Below are positions 37,301 to 49,149 of a DNA stretch of 64,000 nt, piece after piece. The notes under the pieces were generated by a model. It did not search any database, had not been told where the DNA came from, and worked only from the letters and a program-made list of their open reading frames with translations. Position numbers and translations under genes: made by a program. Origin of the DNA: Camelus dromedarius. Lineage: Eukaryota. The first letter of the stretch is position 1; every line of letters begins with the position of its first letter. The stretch covers positions 62,930,001 to 62,994,000 of the forward strand of contig NC_087446.1 of NCBI RefSeq assembly GCF_036321535.1, in the 5' to 3' direction.

Positions 37301-39405
37301 CCAAACTACTTTTCAACTCTAAACTATTTCTTCAGACTTTCACTCATGTTTTTCCCTCCATTTAGGATGTTGTTTACCATTTTCTACCCAGTGAAGTCAA
37401 ACTTATTCTACGGCACCAGCCTATTTGCAATCTTCTTCTGAAAGACTACCCTGTCTTACCAGGTCCCAAAGAATTACTTTCGTCCATGAAGCTCCTGTGC
37501 TCTCATCCAGCATTTATTTCATTCTGCCTTATATTCTAAGTAGTTTATTCCTAGGAGCAACAACTAAACCCTGTTGGGCAGGAGCTGAGTCTTCTATTCC
37601 AGTTTGCTCCCATCTTATTCTTTCTAAGTGCATTACCTGTAGCTCACTTAAGTCTCTCAACTATCTTTTCATTATCTCTATTTTGCAAATAAAGAAAACT
37701 GACTATTAACAACTCAGGTCACATAGTAATAAGTGGCTGAGCAGGGATTTGAGCCCAGTTTATCTGGCTCCAGAGTTCGTGTTCTTAATCATGAGCAGAA
37801 ACCCCCTTTTGTAAATAGAATACGGTCTTATTCATCACTGAGGACTCTAGACTGTGGTCAAACTGACCTTCAGCGTGGTGTGGTGGCAGAGTGGTATAGT
37901 GGTCAAGGTCATGGATTTCAGACTTAGACTGCCTGGCTCTACCACTTCCCAGTCATGTGACCTTGAGCTAGTTAGTCAACCCCTTGAGCCTCAGTTTCAT
38001 CACCTCCAAAATGGGGATAATGACAGTATTTGCTTCACTGGCTTATTGTGAGGATCTCAGGGAGATAATCATGTATGTAAAAGGCTCCGAACACATTAAG
38101 CGTTGTATAAGTGTTAGTTATTTCTACTACACACTAGCCTCTGATGATAACATGAGGTATAAGTGACAGTTCCGGACCTTAAGGGGTTACAGACTATGGG
38201 AAGACACACTTCACAGAAAATCTGGAAACAAGGCAATTCCACAAGGAGGGATCAGGTTCAGGGTAAGGGTGTGAGGGCCACCAGCGAGGGAGCCCCTCAC
38301 CCTCAGGTCAGGGAGGGTTTTTGAGGATGGGAGTGCTTGGTCTTGAAGGGAGTAGATGCTGACCAGGGGAAAGGTGCCAGGAATGGGATGTGCTTGTCAT
38401 ACCTAAGACAGAGCTTGCAAGTAGCTCAGAGGCCAGAGACATCACTTTGTGTTCTGTTTCTTGAATCCTGTCTCTGAACTCTCGATCTCTTGAGCTGCCA
38501 ACTAAATTCTCTAACTCCTCTCCCCTCTGTGAAAGGAACTCTCTCTTCTCTATCCTCCATCCTTTATCTACTTTTCTGAGTCCCATTTTCACCCTGTTCT
38601 GATGGGGGGACCCCAAGGTATTAAGGCAAGAGGGCAAGGGTAGGGTGAAGAAGTATGCCAATCTTGATGTTTTACTTTTCTCCCTTTACCCACATGAGGC
38701 ATCTGGGGGAGAGGGGAACGGAGAGGCTGGATCCTGGGGCCCAAGGGAGAACAGACTCTCCAGCTCCCAGACTCTGGGTCCAGGACCAGGAAGTGGATGG
38801 GCTCACATCACAGCCTGTGGAAGTTTGTGGGGCCTGCAGAGGAGCCAGAGGAGAGAGGGGAAGGCGGTCTTAAAAGAAATGAAACTTATCTACGTCTCAG
38901 CTGCCCATTGGTCAGGTCGAAACTACAAGAGAGAACCTGGAGGATGGGAGCCTGTGATTAGGAGATAACAGGCTGTGAGAGGCGAGACTTGGGATGGTTT
39001 TGGGGAGAAAGTCAGGGGTTAGGTTGGGGAGGAAAGTTTTCCTTTCATAAACAGATTGGGTTTGGGGGAAGATCTACAGACCAAGAACCCACCTGTCTCA
39101 GCAAAGCTGATGATCTCATATTCCTGTCCCCTGTCAGCCTCTGGAAGTGCTCCCTGCGAGAGCCCATGGAGACACTGCAGCGCCGTCCTCAGAGCAGCTC
39201 TGGACACAGGTCGCTTCAGTGTTGGACGCTGGCTGAGGTGCAGCTTGTCCAAGATGCTTCTTTTGGCCAGGTTAAGAAGCAGCTCCCGCTGACTCTCCAG
39301 GTCCAGGGCAGGCCTTCCACATGCCAGACACTGACTGTCAGCTCTGGGAACGGTCACTGTGGCCAGAGCCAGGAATAGGAAGGCCAGGAGCAATGAGGAG
39401 ATCAT
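31332..39405 (-). CDS. INHBC: Inhibin beta C chain (activin C precursor), 351 aa
   Basis: complement(join(31332..32074,39093..39405)) = 1056 nt, GT-AG, phase 1. Signal peptide MISSLLLAFLFLALA, furin site RLRRR|GIDCQG, mature [30 protein letters not shown]...VEACGCS. Confidence 0.97.
32578..32781 (-). mobile_element. tRNA-derived camelid-type SINE (Vic-1-like)
   Basis: On -: ggggagggtatagtcagtggtagagtgcatgcttagcatgcacgaggtcctgggttctatccc (A/B boxes) plus an A-rich tail. 13-bp TSD ctccctatatact at 32565-32577 and 32782-32794. Confidence 0.9.
33000..34300 (+). mobile_element. L2 LINE 3' portion
   Basis: Pyrimidine-rich L2 motifs ending in the canonical 'ggcactcaataaacatttgttgaatgaatg' at about 34268-34297. 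Confidence 0.8.
34916..36595 (+). mobile_element. MaLR MLT1-type LTR (approx. 34916-35368) with internal sequence
   Basis: TG start, 'catgtgacttgatttggccaatgag', 'ttgctttaagcc...gataactgaa' end, followed by MLT1-int-like 'tggcattggccttgggactgggtggcagacagaggttggaag'. Confidence 0.75.
36612..36797 (+). mobile_element. MER63-type hAT (Blackjack) MITE
   Basis: Terminal inverted repeats cggtggtgtgctgg / ccgagacgccactg; internal 'aaagccctgatttgtagtgtttgccaattt' as in the recalled MER63A. Confidence 0.75.
37660..38130. mobile_element. Two oppositely oriented MIR elements (approx. 37660-37800 minus, 37880-38130 plus)
   Basis: 'cattatctctattttgcaaataaagaaaactgac...ggatttgagcccag' and 'gtgaccttgagc...gcctcagtttcatcacctccaaaatggggataat'. 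Confidence 0.75.
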
Positions 39406-40130
39406 TGCTGGGGCAGGCCCTCCTTAAGCAACACAGTTGAGACAGAGCCACAAACCTTCAGGCTCAGGGTCTCTCTAGCTGTGGTCTCGGCTCCCGTCTG
39501 CCAGGGGCCCGGAAGGAAAGTGTGTCCAGCTGGCATGCCTCCTGGTTGCATGGGATAGAACAGTCAAACATCCGACTTGAGAGATGAAGCCAGTTACAGC
39601 AGAACTTGGCAGAAGCCACATAGTCAGTGGAAGTACAGAATGGGGGATGTGAAGGGAGGTTGGTTTGTTTGGGGAAAGAAATGTCCTTGGGCCAACTTTG
39701 GGAGACAGTGGGTTACCCACGTGAGCTGCCAGGCCTCTGGACAAAGGTTAGAGATGAAATTCCTCTTCAGATCAACGGCCTTGCTGGGAAGCTTGGGTGG
39801 GGGGAATGGAAGAGACCAGAGGTTTTAATATAGAATGCTAAAGGATGACTTTCAAACAAGAGGTCGTCATTGGCAGGACACTGTCGGTCATTGTCATGCA
39901 TGTTGTTGAGAGTTGGTCCTTCTCAAATCTCTACCCCACTTTCCTCCCTCCCAGAGGCTCACAGTCCAGATTCTTTTGCTAGCCCTGGGTTAGGTTTTGC
40001 CCACTGGAGCTCAAAATCATCCAGTGTGAAGGTTAAGTTGGAGGAAGGGAAGTGTAGCCAGGTCTTCCGGGTCAGGGGGAAGGAGGAAGGGAAGTGTTCT
40101 AGCCAGGTCTTCCGGGTCACAGGGAAGTTG
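39406..40130 (-). promoter_or_regulatory. INHBC 5'UTR/promoter: HNF4-like DR1 TGGACAAAGGTTA (39738-39750) and a 42-nt tandem duplication (40040-40119)
   Basis: 5'UTR to about 39540 resembles the recalled human INHBC leader; motifs read directly. Confidence 0.55.
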
Positions 40131-40602
40131 GAAAGTGGGAAGGGAGCTTGAGAGCTAGAGTTCCTCACCCTTGGGGGTTTCTTTTGTTTAAGAAAATAAA
40201 TTATGAGATTTCTCAGAATTCCTGGTTCTCTCCCCAAAATGTTCCTGAGCAGTGAATCTCAGGTCAAGGCCATTACATCCATAGCAGGGATTTACTGGCG
40301 GGAGTGGGCAGGTGGAGTTAGGAGCATATGTTTTCAAGCCAGATGGCCTTGGTTAAAATACTCTCTTCCTTTTATTAGCTGTGTGCCTGTGGGCAAGTTA
40401 CTTGACCTCTCTTCAATTTCTTCATCAGAGAAATAGGGAAAATGATTGCCCACAATTCTAAAATCCAAAAAACCCTGTAATTCATACATTTTGGGGGGTA
40501 GCTCATATGGTGACTAAAGCTGACCTGAAGAGGAGTGAGGTTATCTATGGTCTTTAAAAAATCATACTGGAGACTATTCATATGTTTCCACTCCAGAAAT
40601 AC

Positions 40603-40790
40603 ATATTTTTGTATATATATGTTTTTATTGAAGCTTAGTCAGTTTACAATGTTGTGTCAATTTCTGGTGTACAGCACAATGCTTCAGTTATACATGAACA
40701 TACATATATTCGTTTTCACATTATTTTTCACCGTAAGTTACTACAAGATATTGAATATAGTTCCCTGTGCTATACAGCACAAACTTGTTT
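40603..40790 (-). mobile_element. 5'-truncated young L1 3' end (camelid-type family)
   Basis: Near-identical to copies at 48071-48330 and 59040-59306 ('agtcagtttacaatgttgtgtcaatttctggtgtacagcacaatgcttcag'). Confidence 0.85.
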
Positions 40791-41399
40791 ACAGAAATAT
40801 TATTTGATTATGGGATGCTACCCCTAGGAGTGGTATATAATATACAGCATAATGTACTATGTTACCTTTCTAAAACTTGAAATTTTCTGAATTATGAAAC
40901 ATTCCTGGCTCTATGGATTTTGAATATGGAATTATAGATTATAATGATTATCTGAGAGTTTTGAGTTTTAAATCATTTAGTAAAGCACTTACACTGACAG
41001 GCCCAGAGTAAGTGCTTAATACAAGTTTACTATTCTTGGTGTGCTGAAGAAATTCTGCCAATGTTTGCCCTTCCGGACTCTCCTTTCTTAGATGCCATGC
41101 CCCTAATCACCATCTGTAGTACAGTCACTTAGCGAGTCTTCTCTGCTGCTTACCATTGTATTCCTAGTACTGCACACAGTACCTATAATATAGGTGCTTA
41201 AAACATACTTATTGAATGAATAAATGTTAGGATACAGGCTGGTTCTCAGAAGTTACACTCAAGTCACCTTGACTGAATTTTAGTGTGTTACAATTTCTTA
41301 GCTCTATTCTACAGGGGCTGGTTTTTTTTTTCTTATTTTTTAAGGGCTGTGGTAGAGGTGGATTTGTTATTTAGTTTCTAGTATAAATTTATTTATTTA

Positions 41400-41590
41400 T
41401 AAAATAAGGTTTTTATTGAAATACAATTCACATAAGATTCACCTTTTACAGTGTATAATTCAGAGGTTTTTAGTACGTTCACAGAGTTGTGCAACCATCA
41501 CCACTATCTAATTTAAGAATATTTTCATCACCCCCAAAAGAAACCTTGTAGCCATTAGTAGTCACTGCCTACTCTACTCATCCCAGCCTG
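41400..41590 (-). mobile_element. Old L1M 3' end fragment
   Basis: 'ttttattgaaatacaattcacataagattcacc...gttcacagagttgtgcaaccatcaccactatctaatt' is typical of L1MB/ME antisense. Confidence 0.75.
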
Positions 41591-42939
41591 TAGGGACTGA
41601 CCTTCTGTCTAACATCTTAATAGTCCTAATCTCATTCTTGGATGATAACCTTATCCTGGGGTTGCAGGAAGTAGTAATATTGCTATTTAGTCCATATCTT
41701 AATTAGAGTATGTAGTTCCCAGACCTCTCACAACCTAAGATGACTTCAGCTGCTCCCCTTCTCTCTGGCAAATAGTTGGGGAGTAAGAGGTGAGAAAAGG
41801 GGGCAAAAGAGAGCAGGGCTTCTCTTAGGGGTGGATGCCTCATGTTTCTGCCTTAGTAGTTCTTCAGTTACTGCATCTGTCCCCCAAAGACCCAACTGGT
41901 TCACTCCGCATTATGACACACAGGTTCTTTGCAACATGCTCTTTCCGGTTACACTTCTGATAGTGTAGTGAGTAAGAGAAGGCTCTGAAGATAAACTGTC
42001 TCAGTTCAAAATCTGTGACTTTGGTGCCTCATGGTTCCTTATCTTATAAAATGAATATAACGATAATATATATTGTTTACAGGATAAAACTGAAATAATA
42101 GATGTAAAATGCTACATATTCTAGATTATCTCTCTATAAACATACATACATGCATAATACAAATATTAGCTGTTATTTCCTCCTGGCCATCACTGCCCCA
42201 TGTCTCCAACTTAAAAACCTGGAACTTGCTGATTCCTTGAAGGAAAGAATTACCTCTACAACTTTACTGGAATCTCCATTCTTGCCTCTCCGATGAACTC
42301 CTACTTACTTTCTTCAAGGTTAGCTGAAATTACACCTCTAGCTTCTCTGTAGTTCACTCAATCTCTCTTACCTCTAAGAAGTAATTAATTGCTCCTTGTT
42401 GGGCTTCCATAGCACACTGAACAGCACTTATTTTGTACTGTAATTATTTGATTTCTTTTCTTTTTTTTTTTCCTATTGCAGTTCTTGTCACACAGTAAAT
42501 ATTTAATGGTCGAATTCTATCAATGTAAGACTACAAGGTTTCTTTGAGGGACTTGGTCAATAAATGATGCAAATACATGTAATCAATAAATTGATTCTGC
42601 CTCGAACAGACAGAATGGGGGGGGGTGCAAATTTAAGATGCCTCTTAAAAAAAGGACTGTATGTTAGACGGTGGTGGTGGTAAGAAGTGATTTTTAAACA
42701 AGATGGACTTAAACCTGCTTTATTTAGTTAAATCCTTACATCAGAAAAAATGGACACTTACCTACCACATGATCTTCATTCATTTATACCACAAATATTC
42801 ACTGCACATACGCAGCTTTGTGTGTGGGAGTTACTGTCCTAAGGGAAAGGCTATTTTGAAAGTGCTCGGGAAACCTATATTAGAGTTATTAGTATTATGT
42901 TTAAATCGAGGGTGACTCTGACAGGCTTGATGGGTTTCA

Positions 42940-43760
42940 GGTGGACTGAGGGTCGCAGTGGATTCGGATTGGTGGCTTGAGACATAGGTGACGAGGAGGG
43001 AGCCAGAGAGCGAGTGAGTGTACGCGCGTGTGCGCGGGGATGGGGAGGGCAGCGCGAGAGTGGGCTGGGTGGGTGAGTAAGCAGGGGGCGTCTGCGGGCG
43101 AGGAGGGAGGCACACAGGAAGCGGGGACGCGCCGGGCGCAGGACGCGGTGACGAATGCGCCGGACGTGGTGACGTAGCGCGCAGGCCGCAGCAGGGGGCG
43201 GACTCTGGGCCTTTCTTCCCCTTCTGATTTTCCCCCTCCCCCCTTTTCTCCCTTTCCGGGTTTGGTTTCCCCCCTTTTCTTCCCCTCTCCCCCCTCCTTC
43301 CCAAACCCCTTTCCCCTCCCCCGCCCCAGTCCCCCTGCTCCCCCGCCCTGGGCCCTGGGGAAACCCCCACTGAGAAGAGCCCGCCCCCAGAAGCGCGCCG
43401 CCGCCGCCGGCCGTCGGGGCCGAGCCGCAGCCGAGCGGCCGTGGGCCCGGGCGGCGGGCGGAGACGCGGGCGCCCTCCCCGCTACGGCCTGCGTGAGGTG
43501 AGGCCACCTCCCGGCCGAGGGGGCGGGCGATGCTGGCGGCCCGTGGGGAGGGGGCGTGGCGGACGGGCGGGCGGAGGCCCCTGGCCTGGGTTCCCCGCGC
43601 TGGTGCTGCCGGGACTGGGGGCGGTTGGTCGGGGCCCGAGGCTCCCGTGAAGGACGGTCCCCAGGCCAGAGAGGCCCGAGTGTGCGCGGGGAGCGCAGGC
43701 GAGAAGCTGGGGGCGCGGGGCGGCGGGCGGGGGGCTGGCGCCACCTGTGGCCTGTGCGGT
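42940..43760 (+). promoter_or_regulatory. R3HDM2: CpG-island promoter and non-coding first exon (ends 43497) of R3HDM2; no coding exon in window
   Basis: Very dense CpG, GC boxes, repeated TGACG half-CREs, donor GAG|gtgagg at 43497/43498, then a T-rich intron. Identity rests on conserved synteny (R3HDM2 divergent from INHBC in human), not on coding sequence. Confidence 0.75.
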
Positions 43761-44829
43761 GGGACCTAAAAACTGTTGCGCCCTTGTGGTACTCTGGGGG
43801 TGACTAGCTCCATGTGTTTCTTGGATCTCCGTATTCCTTCAAGCTTTGCAAGATTGGGAGGGAAAGGTGTTGCAGTGTTTCAAATCGTGCTTGTGTCCGA
43901 GGTTATTACAGGGACAGAGATTTGAGTTGGAACGTTCAGGGAGATGTTTCTGGAGCTTAAAAGTTGGGCCTACGCTAAGCTCATCACTGACTGTTGAAGC
44001 TCTGAAAACTCTTCTCGGATTCATTTTCCTGTAGAGCCAAACATTTCAACATATGCGACCATTAGCCTAGTAACTCCTCAGAATATTTATTCACTCTGAG
44101 TGAGTTGTTTTTGGGTGATGACGAGAAATGACCGAATAACAGCCCCAGAGGTTCATTAAACCAAAGAGAAGTGTGAAGAAGTTTAAACTCAGATCTTGGT
44201 TGAACGTCCTTGTATATATTTTTTTCAAATAGACTTACCTAAAATTGAGAAGCCGGAGTCCTGTCTGTTGTTGGTAGGCAACATGGAAACTGGGGAGGAG
44301 CGAGGTGACAGGTTCCACTTAAGGAATGTCACAAATTCCTAGCATTTTATTGTATTTCTGGATAGTCAGACTGGCACTTGAATAAGTTGTTTGTGGATCC
44401 TCTTTCTTCCTAATGCTTTTTCCCCGGCCTTCGTTTTCTTTCTACTATATTTTCTTTTTTTTTCCACTTGTGGAGTCTGGGGCATCAAGACTAGCATGGC
44501 TTAGATAGTCAATTCGGTTCATTTTTTTCACTTTTTTTTCTCCAATTCAGTTCATTTTTGTTGCATTTTTCTTCCCTTGTTGCTGTTCTCCACAGGGTTG
44601 AGAGGACAGAGAACTTTTCTTGAAGGTCTGATAAACTGTCAGCAGAAGTTAAAATTCAGAGTTTAATTTACAATTTTGTGTCCACTGTATGATCTGTATT
44701 AGAGATCTTCAATTTAAAACAAAAATTTTAAAGCTTGCATATATAAAAATAGGGTGACTGATACTGTTTTAATTGAAAAGAGTCGGAAGAGGAGATCTTG
44801 GCTTCCTGTCTCTATCAGAGTAAAAACCA

Positions 44830-45300
44830 GAGAGTTTACAATTGTCTTTAAAGCCCAAGATCTGTAGCACTCTTTCCCCCTCCCAATATACTCACTGATC
44901 TCCTGGCTGTTCCTTGAACACATCAGGCACACTTCTGCCTTGGCAGCTGTGCACTTCTTCCCTGGATTTTCCTGAATCACCTTTTCCTTATAAAACTGCA
45001 TAACCTTGTCCCCTCACCTCCTTCAGGTCTTTACTCAAATGTCACTCTAACAGTGACATTTCCTTGGCTGTCTAAATTGCAAAGCCCCCTCTTCCACATA
45101 TATTTACATAACTCCCTATCCCACTTCTTTGCTTTCCTTCCCTCCTTACCCATTATCAGCCTATAACATACTATATATATTTAGTCTCTTGCATTAGAAA
45201 GTACTTCAGTAGATAGTCTTGTTGATGTGTCTTCAGCACTTAACAGAGCACTTGACATGCAGTAGGTGCTCAGCAAATTTATTGACTGAATAGATAAATT
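44830..45300 (+). mobile_element. L2 3' end fragment
   Basis: Ends 'gcacttgacatgcagtaggtgctcagcaaatttattgactgaat'. Confidence 0.7.
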
Positions 45301-46970
45301 TATTCTTGAACTCTCATTGTCATGAATTTCTGATCATGATTGGAGATGTGGAATGGATTTTCAGTAGGATTGTGTAAGATACTTTTTGGAAGAACTTGAG
45401 CTTTTTTTTTTTTTTTTTCTTTTTTTTCTGTCAGTTCTTGCCACATTTCTCTTTTGATAGAAGTATTGTGTGTTCAGGTCATTGAATGAAGCACTTTGAG
45501 GGCAGAGAGAATTGAGTGTGGAGATCTTTGGTGCTGATGGTCTTAGAGGAAGATTATCTCAGATGTCCTGTGGCTAGAATTTTTACTGCTCCAGGCTCTC
45601 CCCTTGAGGTTTGTTTGCATTCCTGTTGAGATAAATATCACCATTCTTACCTCTGACCCCAGAGAGCTGAGCATGCTGGTTCCACTTTGAATTTTTCAGT
45701 AGACTGAATAAGTTAATATTTATAGTCTGGGCTGTTTGGGTTAGATTTTTTTCCCCATTCATGTGGAGATGGTTGAGCTTGAAAACTTTAAGGCTAGCTT
45801 TCTCTAACAATGGTGGAATGTTCGGTGTCTGATCCTTGTTTCCGCCAATCCATTTTTGGGGTCATTTTTAGCAACTAAATTATGCTAAATCCGAAGGTAA
45901 AAGGAGCTGGCCCCCTGAGTCCTGTGGATTATCCCTTGTTTGTTTTTTCCTTTCTTGATTGGTGCATCTGTTACCTTCATTGACCTTCTGGCTAGAGTGG
46001 CCTGGATGAGATTTCTTTTTGGGTCTGTCCTGGCCACTGTTTTCCAGCTTAGGAAGGCAAAAGGAGTGAGGTAGTGGTTTTAACACTTTGTGGGAATGCT
46101 GGTGCAAAGTTAGATTTTTGCTTAAACTTTTGCTAGGACATTGAAAACAGCTAGGCCTGTGAGAGAATGGTTTGGGTCAGGGGGTGGGAGAGTTGGGGAG
46201 AATTGGGGATCTTGTATCTATTGACTGGGTCTGGTTCTGTTATTATTAGTGTAAATAAGTAACAGTGTCAAAAGTATGTTAGTTGTCATTTTGTGAAAAA
46301 TTTCTGCCATTATTTTGGCAGATGGGTAGAAGCTCTACCGCACTTCTCTTGTCACTTTTAAAATCCTTTCACAAAGTTTCTAGGAAGTCTTTCTCAGGCC
46401 CCAGAGATATTCAGACATCTCTATGCTTTGTTCTCACTCTTTAGAGATAAATACTGAGTACTGATGTTTCGCTGTAGGTAATGGTTTCTGAATGATGAAC
46501 TTACTCCCGTTCCAGATCTCATCAGGAACTCTATGAAAGCTTTCAGGAAAACGCAAATTTTGAGGAAGGCATTTTGGTTGCATGGTCCCAGGAAGTACAG
46601 AGGAGAGAGTTTTGTGAAACTGTGTGTGTGTGTGTTTTCTTAATGAGGTTTTCCTGTGTACTTGAAAGATGGGGTAAAGGACTAAGCGTCTGCCTGTGGA
46701 ATGTGCTGCCCACTTATAAGTAAGAAAAATAACTGGACTCATGGCTTGAATATGTGTGCATGAATACAGTTGGTGGGTCTAATTTTAGAGGCCTTTTTCA
46801 TGCACGGTGGCCTTAGTATTTTCCTCGAGCTATATCCTCACACTGTCAAGAAAACATTCCACTTAATATAGTCTTCTCGTGGTTACCTTTTGTTCTTACA
46901 ATGGTTGCCACTTTAGCAGTGTAGCACTTGTTTCATCTCTCCAGTAAAGTTACTCTGTCCATTCCTTCTT

Positions 46971-47106
46971 TTTTTTTTTAATTTTAAATTATTTTTTGTA
47001 GGGGGAGGTAAACTTCTTTATTTTTAGGGGAGGTACTGGGAAATAAACCCAGGACCTTGTGTATGCTAAGCATGCGCTCTACCACTTGAGCTATATCCTC
47101 CCCGCC
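46971..47106 (-). mobile_element. tRNA-derived camelid-type SINE (Vic-1-like)
   Basis: On -: ggggaggatatagctcaagtggtagagcgcatgcttagcatacacaaggtcctggg. Perfect 14-bp TSD gtccattccttctt at 46957-46970 and 47107-47120. Confidence 0.92.
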
Positions 47107-48070
47107 GTCCATTCCTTCTTAAGTATGAGTTTATTTCTAAAAACAGGTATGGATAGGAAAGATTTCTTAACCTTGATCTCTTTTGACTCCTCTTTGAGTT
47201 CCCTTAGATTTCCTTAGCATGTATCTGTTTTCTCCAACACTTAAAAAAATTAATGTTGAAAGCCCTTAGTTACAATAATATGCAGTGATTTCACCGTTTC
47301 TGCTTGGGGTGTGTGAAAGGAAAGATTCTGAGATGCTTCCTAAATCCAGGTGTTCTTTGTGCTTTTCTGCAAGATCTCTTGAGTTGTTCAGTCCAGTTAT
47401 TTGAACCTATACTGGGAAAGCTGTTTAAGCTTTCAAGTTTTGACAGTAAGTTTCCCAGAGTGCTTTTCTGTGCTTTTAAAAGAACTGATCAAATTGGGAA
47501 CCCCAGCCTAGAGATGAGAGAGGATAAGGAGAAAAGGTACAAAAGCCTCAAGCAGTCTTGTCTTCTAATAGTCAAAACACTTCTGGTATTTTTAAAGGAC
47601 TCATCTTATTCTATTCCTCCTTAGTTTGCTAACCACAAGAAAATAAAAAAAAATCTTTTCAGTCCCTTTAATTGCTTGCTTGTTTGTCACGCTGTGATGT
47701 TTCTAAATTGTCAAAGACTTTGATTTTTTTTTCCTGGGAGACAATTTCAGGCTTCTCTGGGTATTTTCTTGGGGTAAAAAAATGAAGCTAGTTGTTAAAT
47801 GCCCTTGTATGGTCTCTACCCTGATGTAGACCAATATTCTGATCCTTCCATTTCTCTAAAGGCATTAATAGTATGTTTTACTGCTTGTTTGTGTTTTGTT
47901 TTTCATTGGAGACCTCAAAATCTTTTGCAGGCAAGTAAAAACTAGTTTTGCACCCGTGCAGTTACTCTGAGGTCCCAAAAGATCTCAGCTTAAGTCCTTA
48001 TCCTATAGAGCTGAAAGTATAGAAATAAGTGAGGTAATCATCAGGGTTTAAAATGACTCAGTTTCTTTCT

Positions 48071-48330
48071 TACTTATTTATTTATTCATTTATTTATTTT
48101 TACTGAGGTATAGTCAGTTTACAATGTTGTGTCAATTTCTGGTGTACAGCACAATGCTTCAGTCATACTCAAATATACGTATATTCATTTTCATATTCTT
48201 TTTCACCGTAAGCTGCTACAAGATACTGAATATAGTTCCCTGTGCTATACAGTATAAACTGTTTATCTATTTTATATATACCAGTCAGTATCTGCAAATC
48301 TCGAACTCCCAGTTTATCCCTTCCTACCCC
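48071..48330 (-). mobile_element. 5'-truncated young L1 3' end (camelid-type family)
   Basis: 15-bp TSD actcagttt(c/a)tttct at 48056-48070 and 48331-48345; same family as 40603-40790. Confidence 0.88.
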
Positions 48331-49149
48331 ACTCAGTTTATTTCTGATTGATGTTTGTTGATTGTGAGCCTGTAGTGGGCAAAGAAAAGAAAAAGCTGGT
48401 CTGCAGACTAGTGAAATTCTATTTTGATTTTTTGGAGGTAATTTTGCTCCCACTATTAGTCTTCTGTACAATTCTAATCTAGTGTACAGAATAGACTTAA
48501 CTTCATTAACTAGTTTACTCTGCCACTTGGTTCATTATCTTCCTTGTATGGATGCTTTTGGTATATTTCAAGGTTGCTAACATTTGTGCTGGAGTATGTA
48601 TTATTAGTAAGCATCAAAGCCATATTTCATATCTGCAGAGCACTTTCTCTTTCCTAAAAGCTTATCAGACCTTAAAGTGGTATCAGCATTCATATTAAAA
48701 GACTAGATTTTCCAAGTATGCAGTTCATATTTTTGTGGGGGCAGTGTTTTTGTTGCATGTGTTAGTTGTTAAGAGTTTGTGCATGGTTTTGGCATGTGAG
48801 CAGCATTATGGGCATTCTTCGTGACTTGGAGAATGGTGGTTCAGACTTGGGTAAGCTTCATAACAGAGCTAGGAGGAAAGTAGTCAAGGCAGTGACAATC
48901 CAAACTTAATAAGAGATGCATTTGAAATACATTCGCTCCCCATACTCACAAATTATACTTTCTCCTTATCCTTCCTTTGTGATTCTGTAGGAAAAGGCAA
49001 AAATGTCTAGGACAGTAATCAGCTGATAGCTTCCAGGAAGCAGTGTTCTATGGATGGGTAGTAGGTGAATGTACACCTCTACAAGAAGTCACTTAGTGTT
49101 TCTAGAGCTGTTGGTGGAGCAGCTCCCAGCAGTCATCAAAATCAGTGGG

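Noticed and set aside
42875-43744. 289-aa minus-strand ORF and overlapping 179-aa ORF
   Set aside because: They lie in a CpG island where stop codons are scarce; Pro/Arg/Gly/Ala low-complexity with no recognisable domain.
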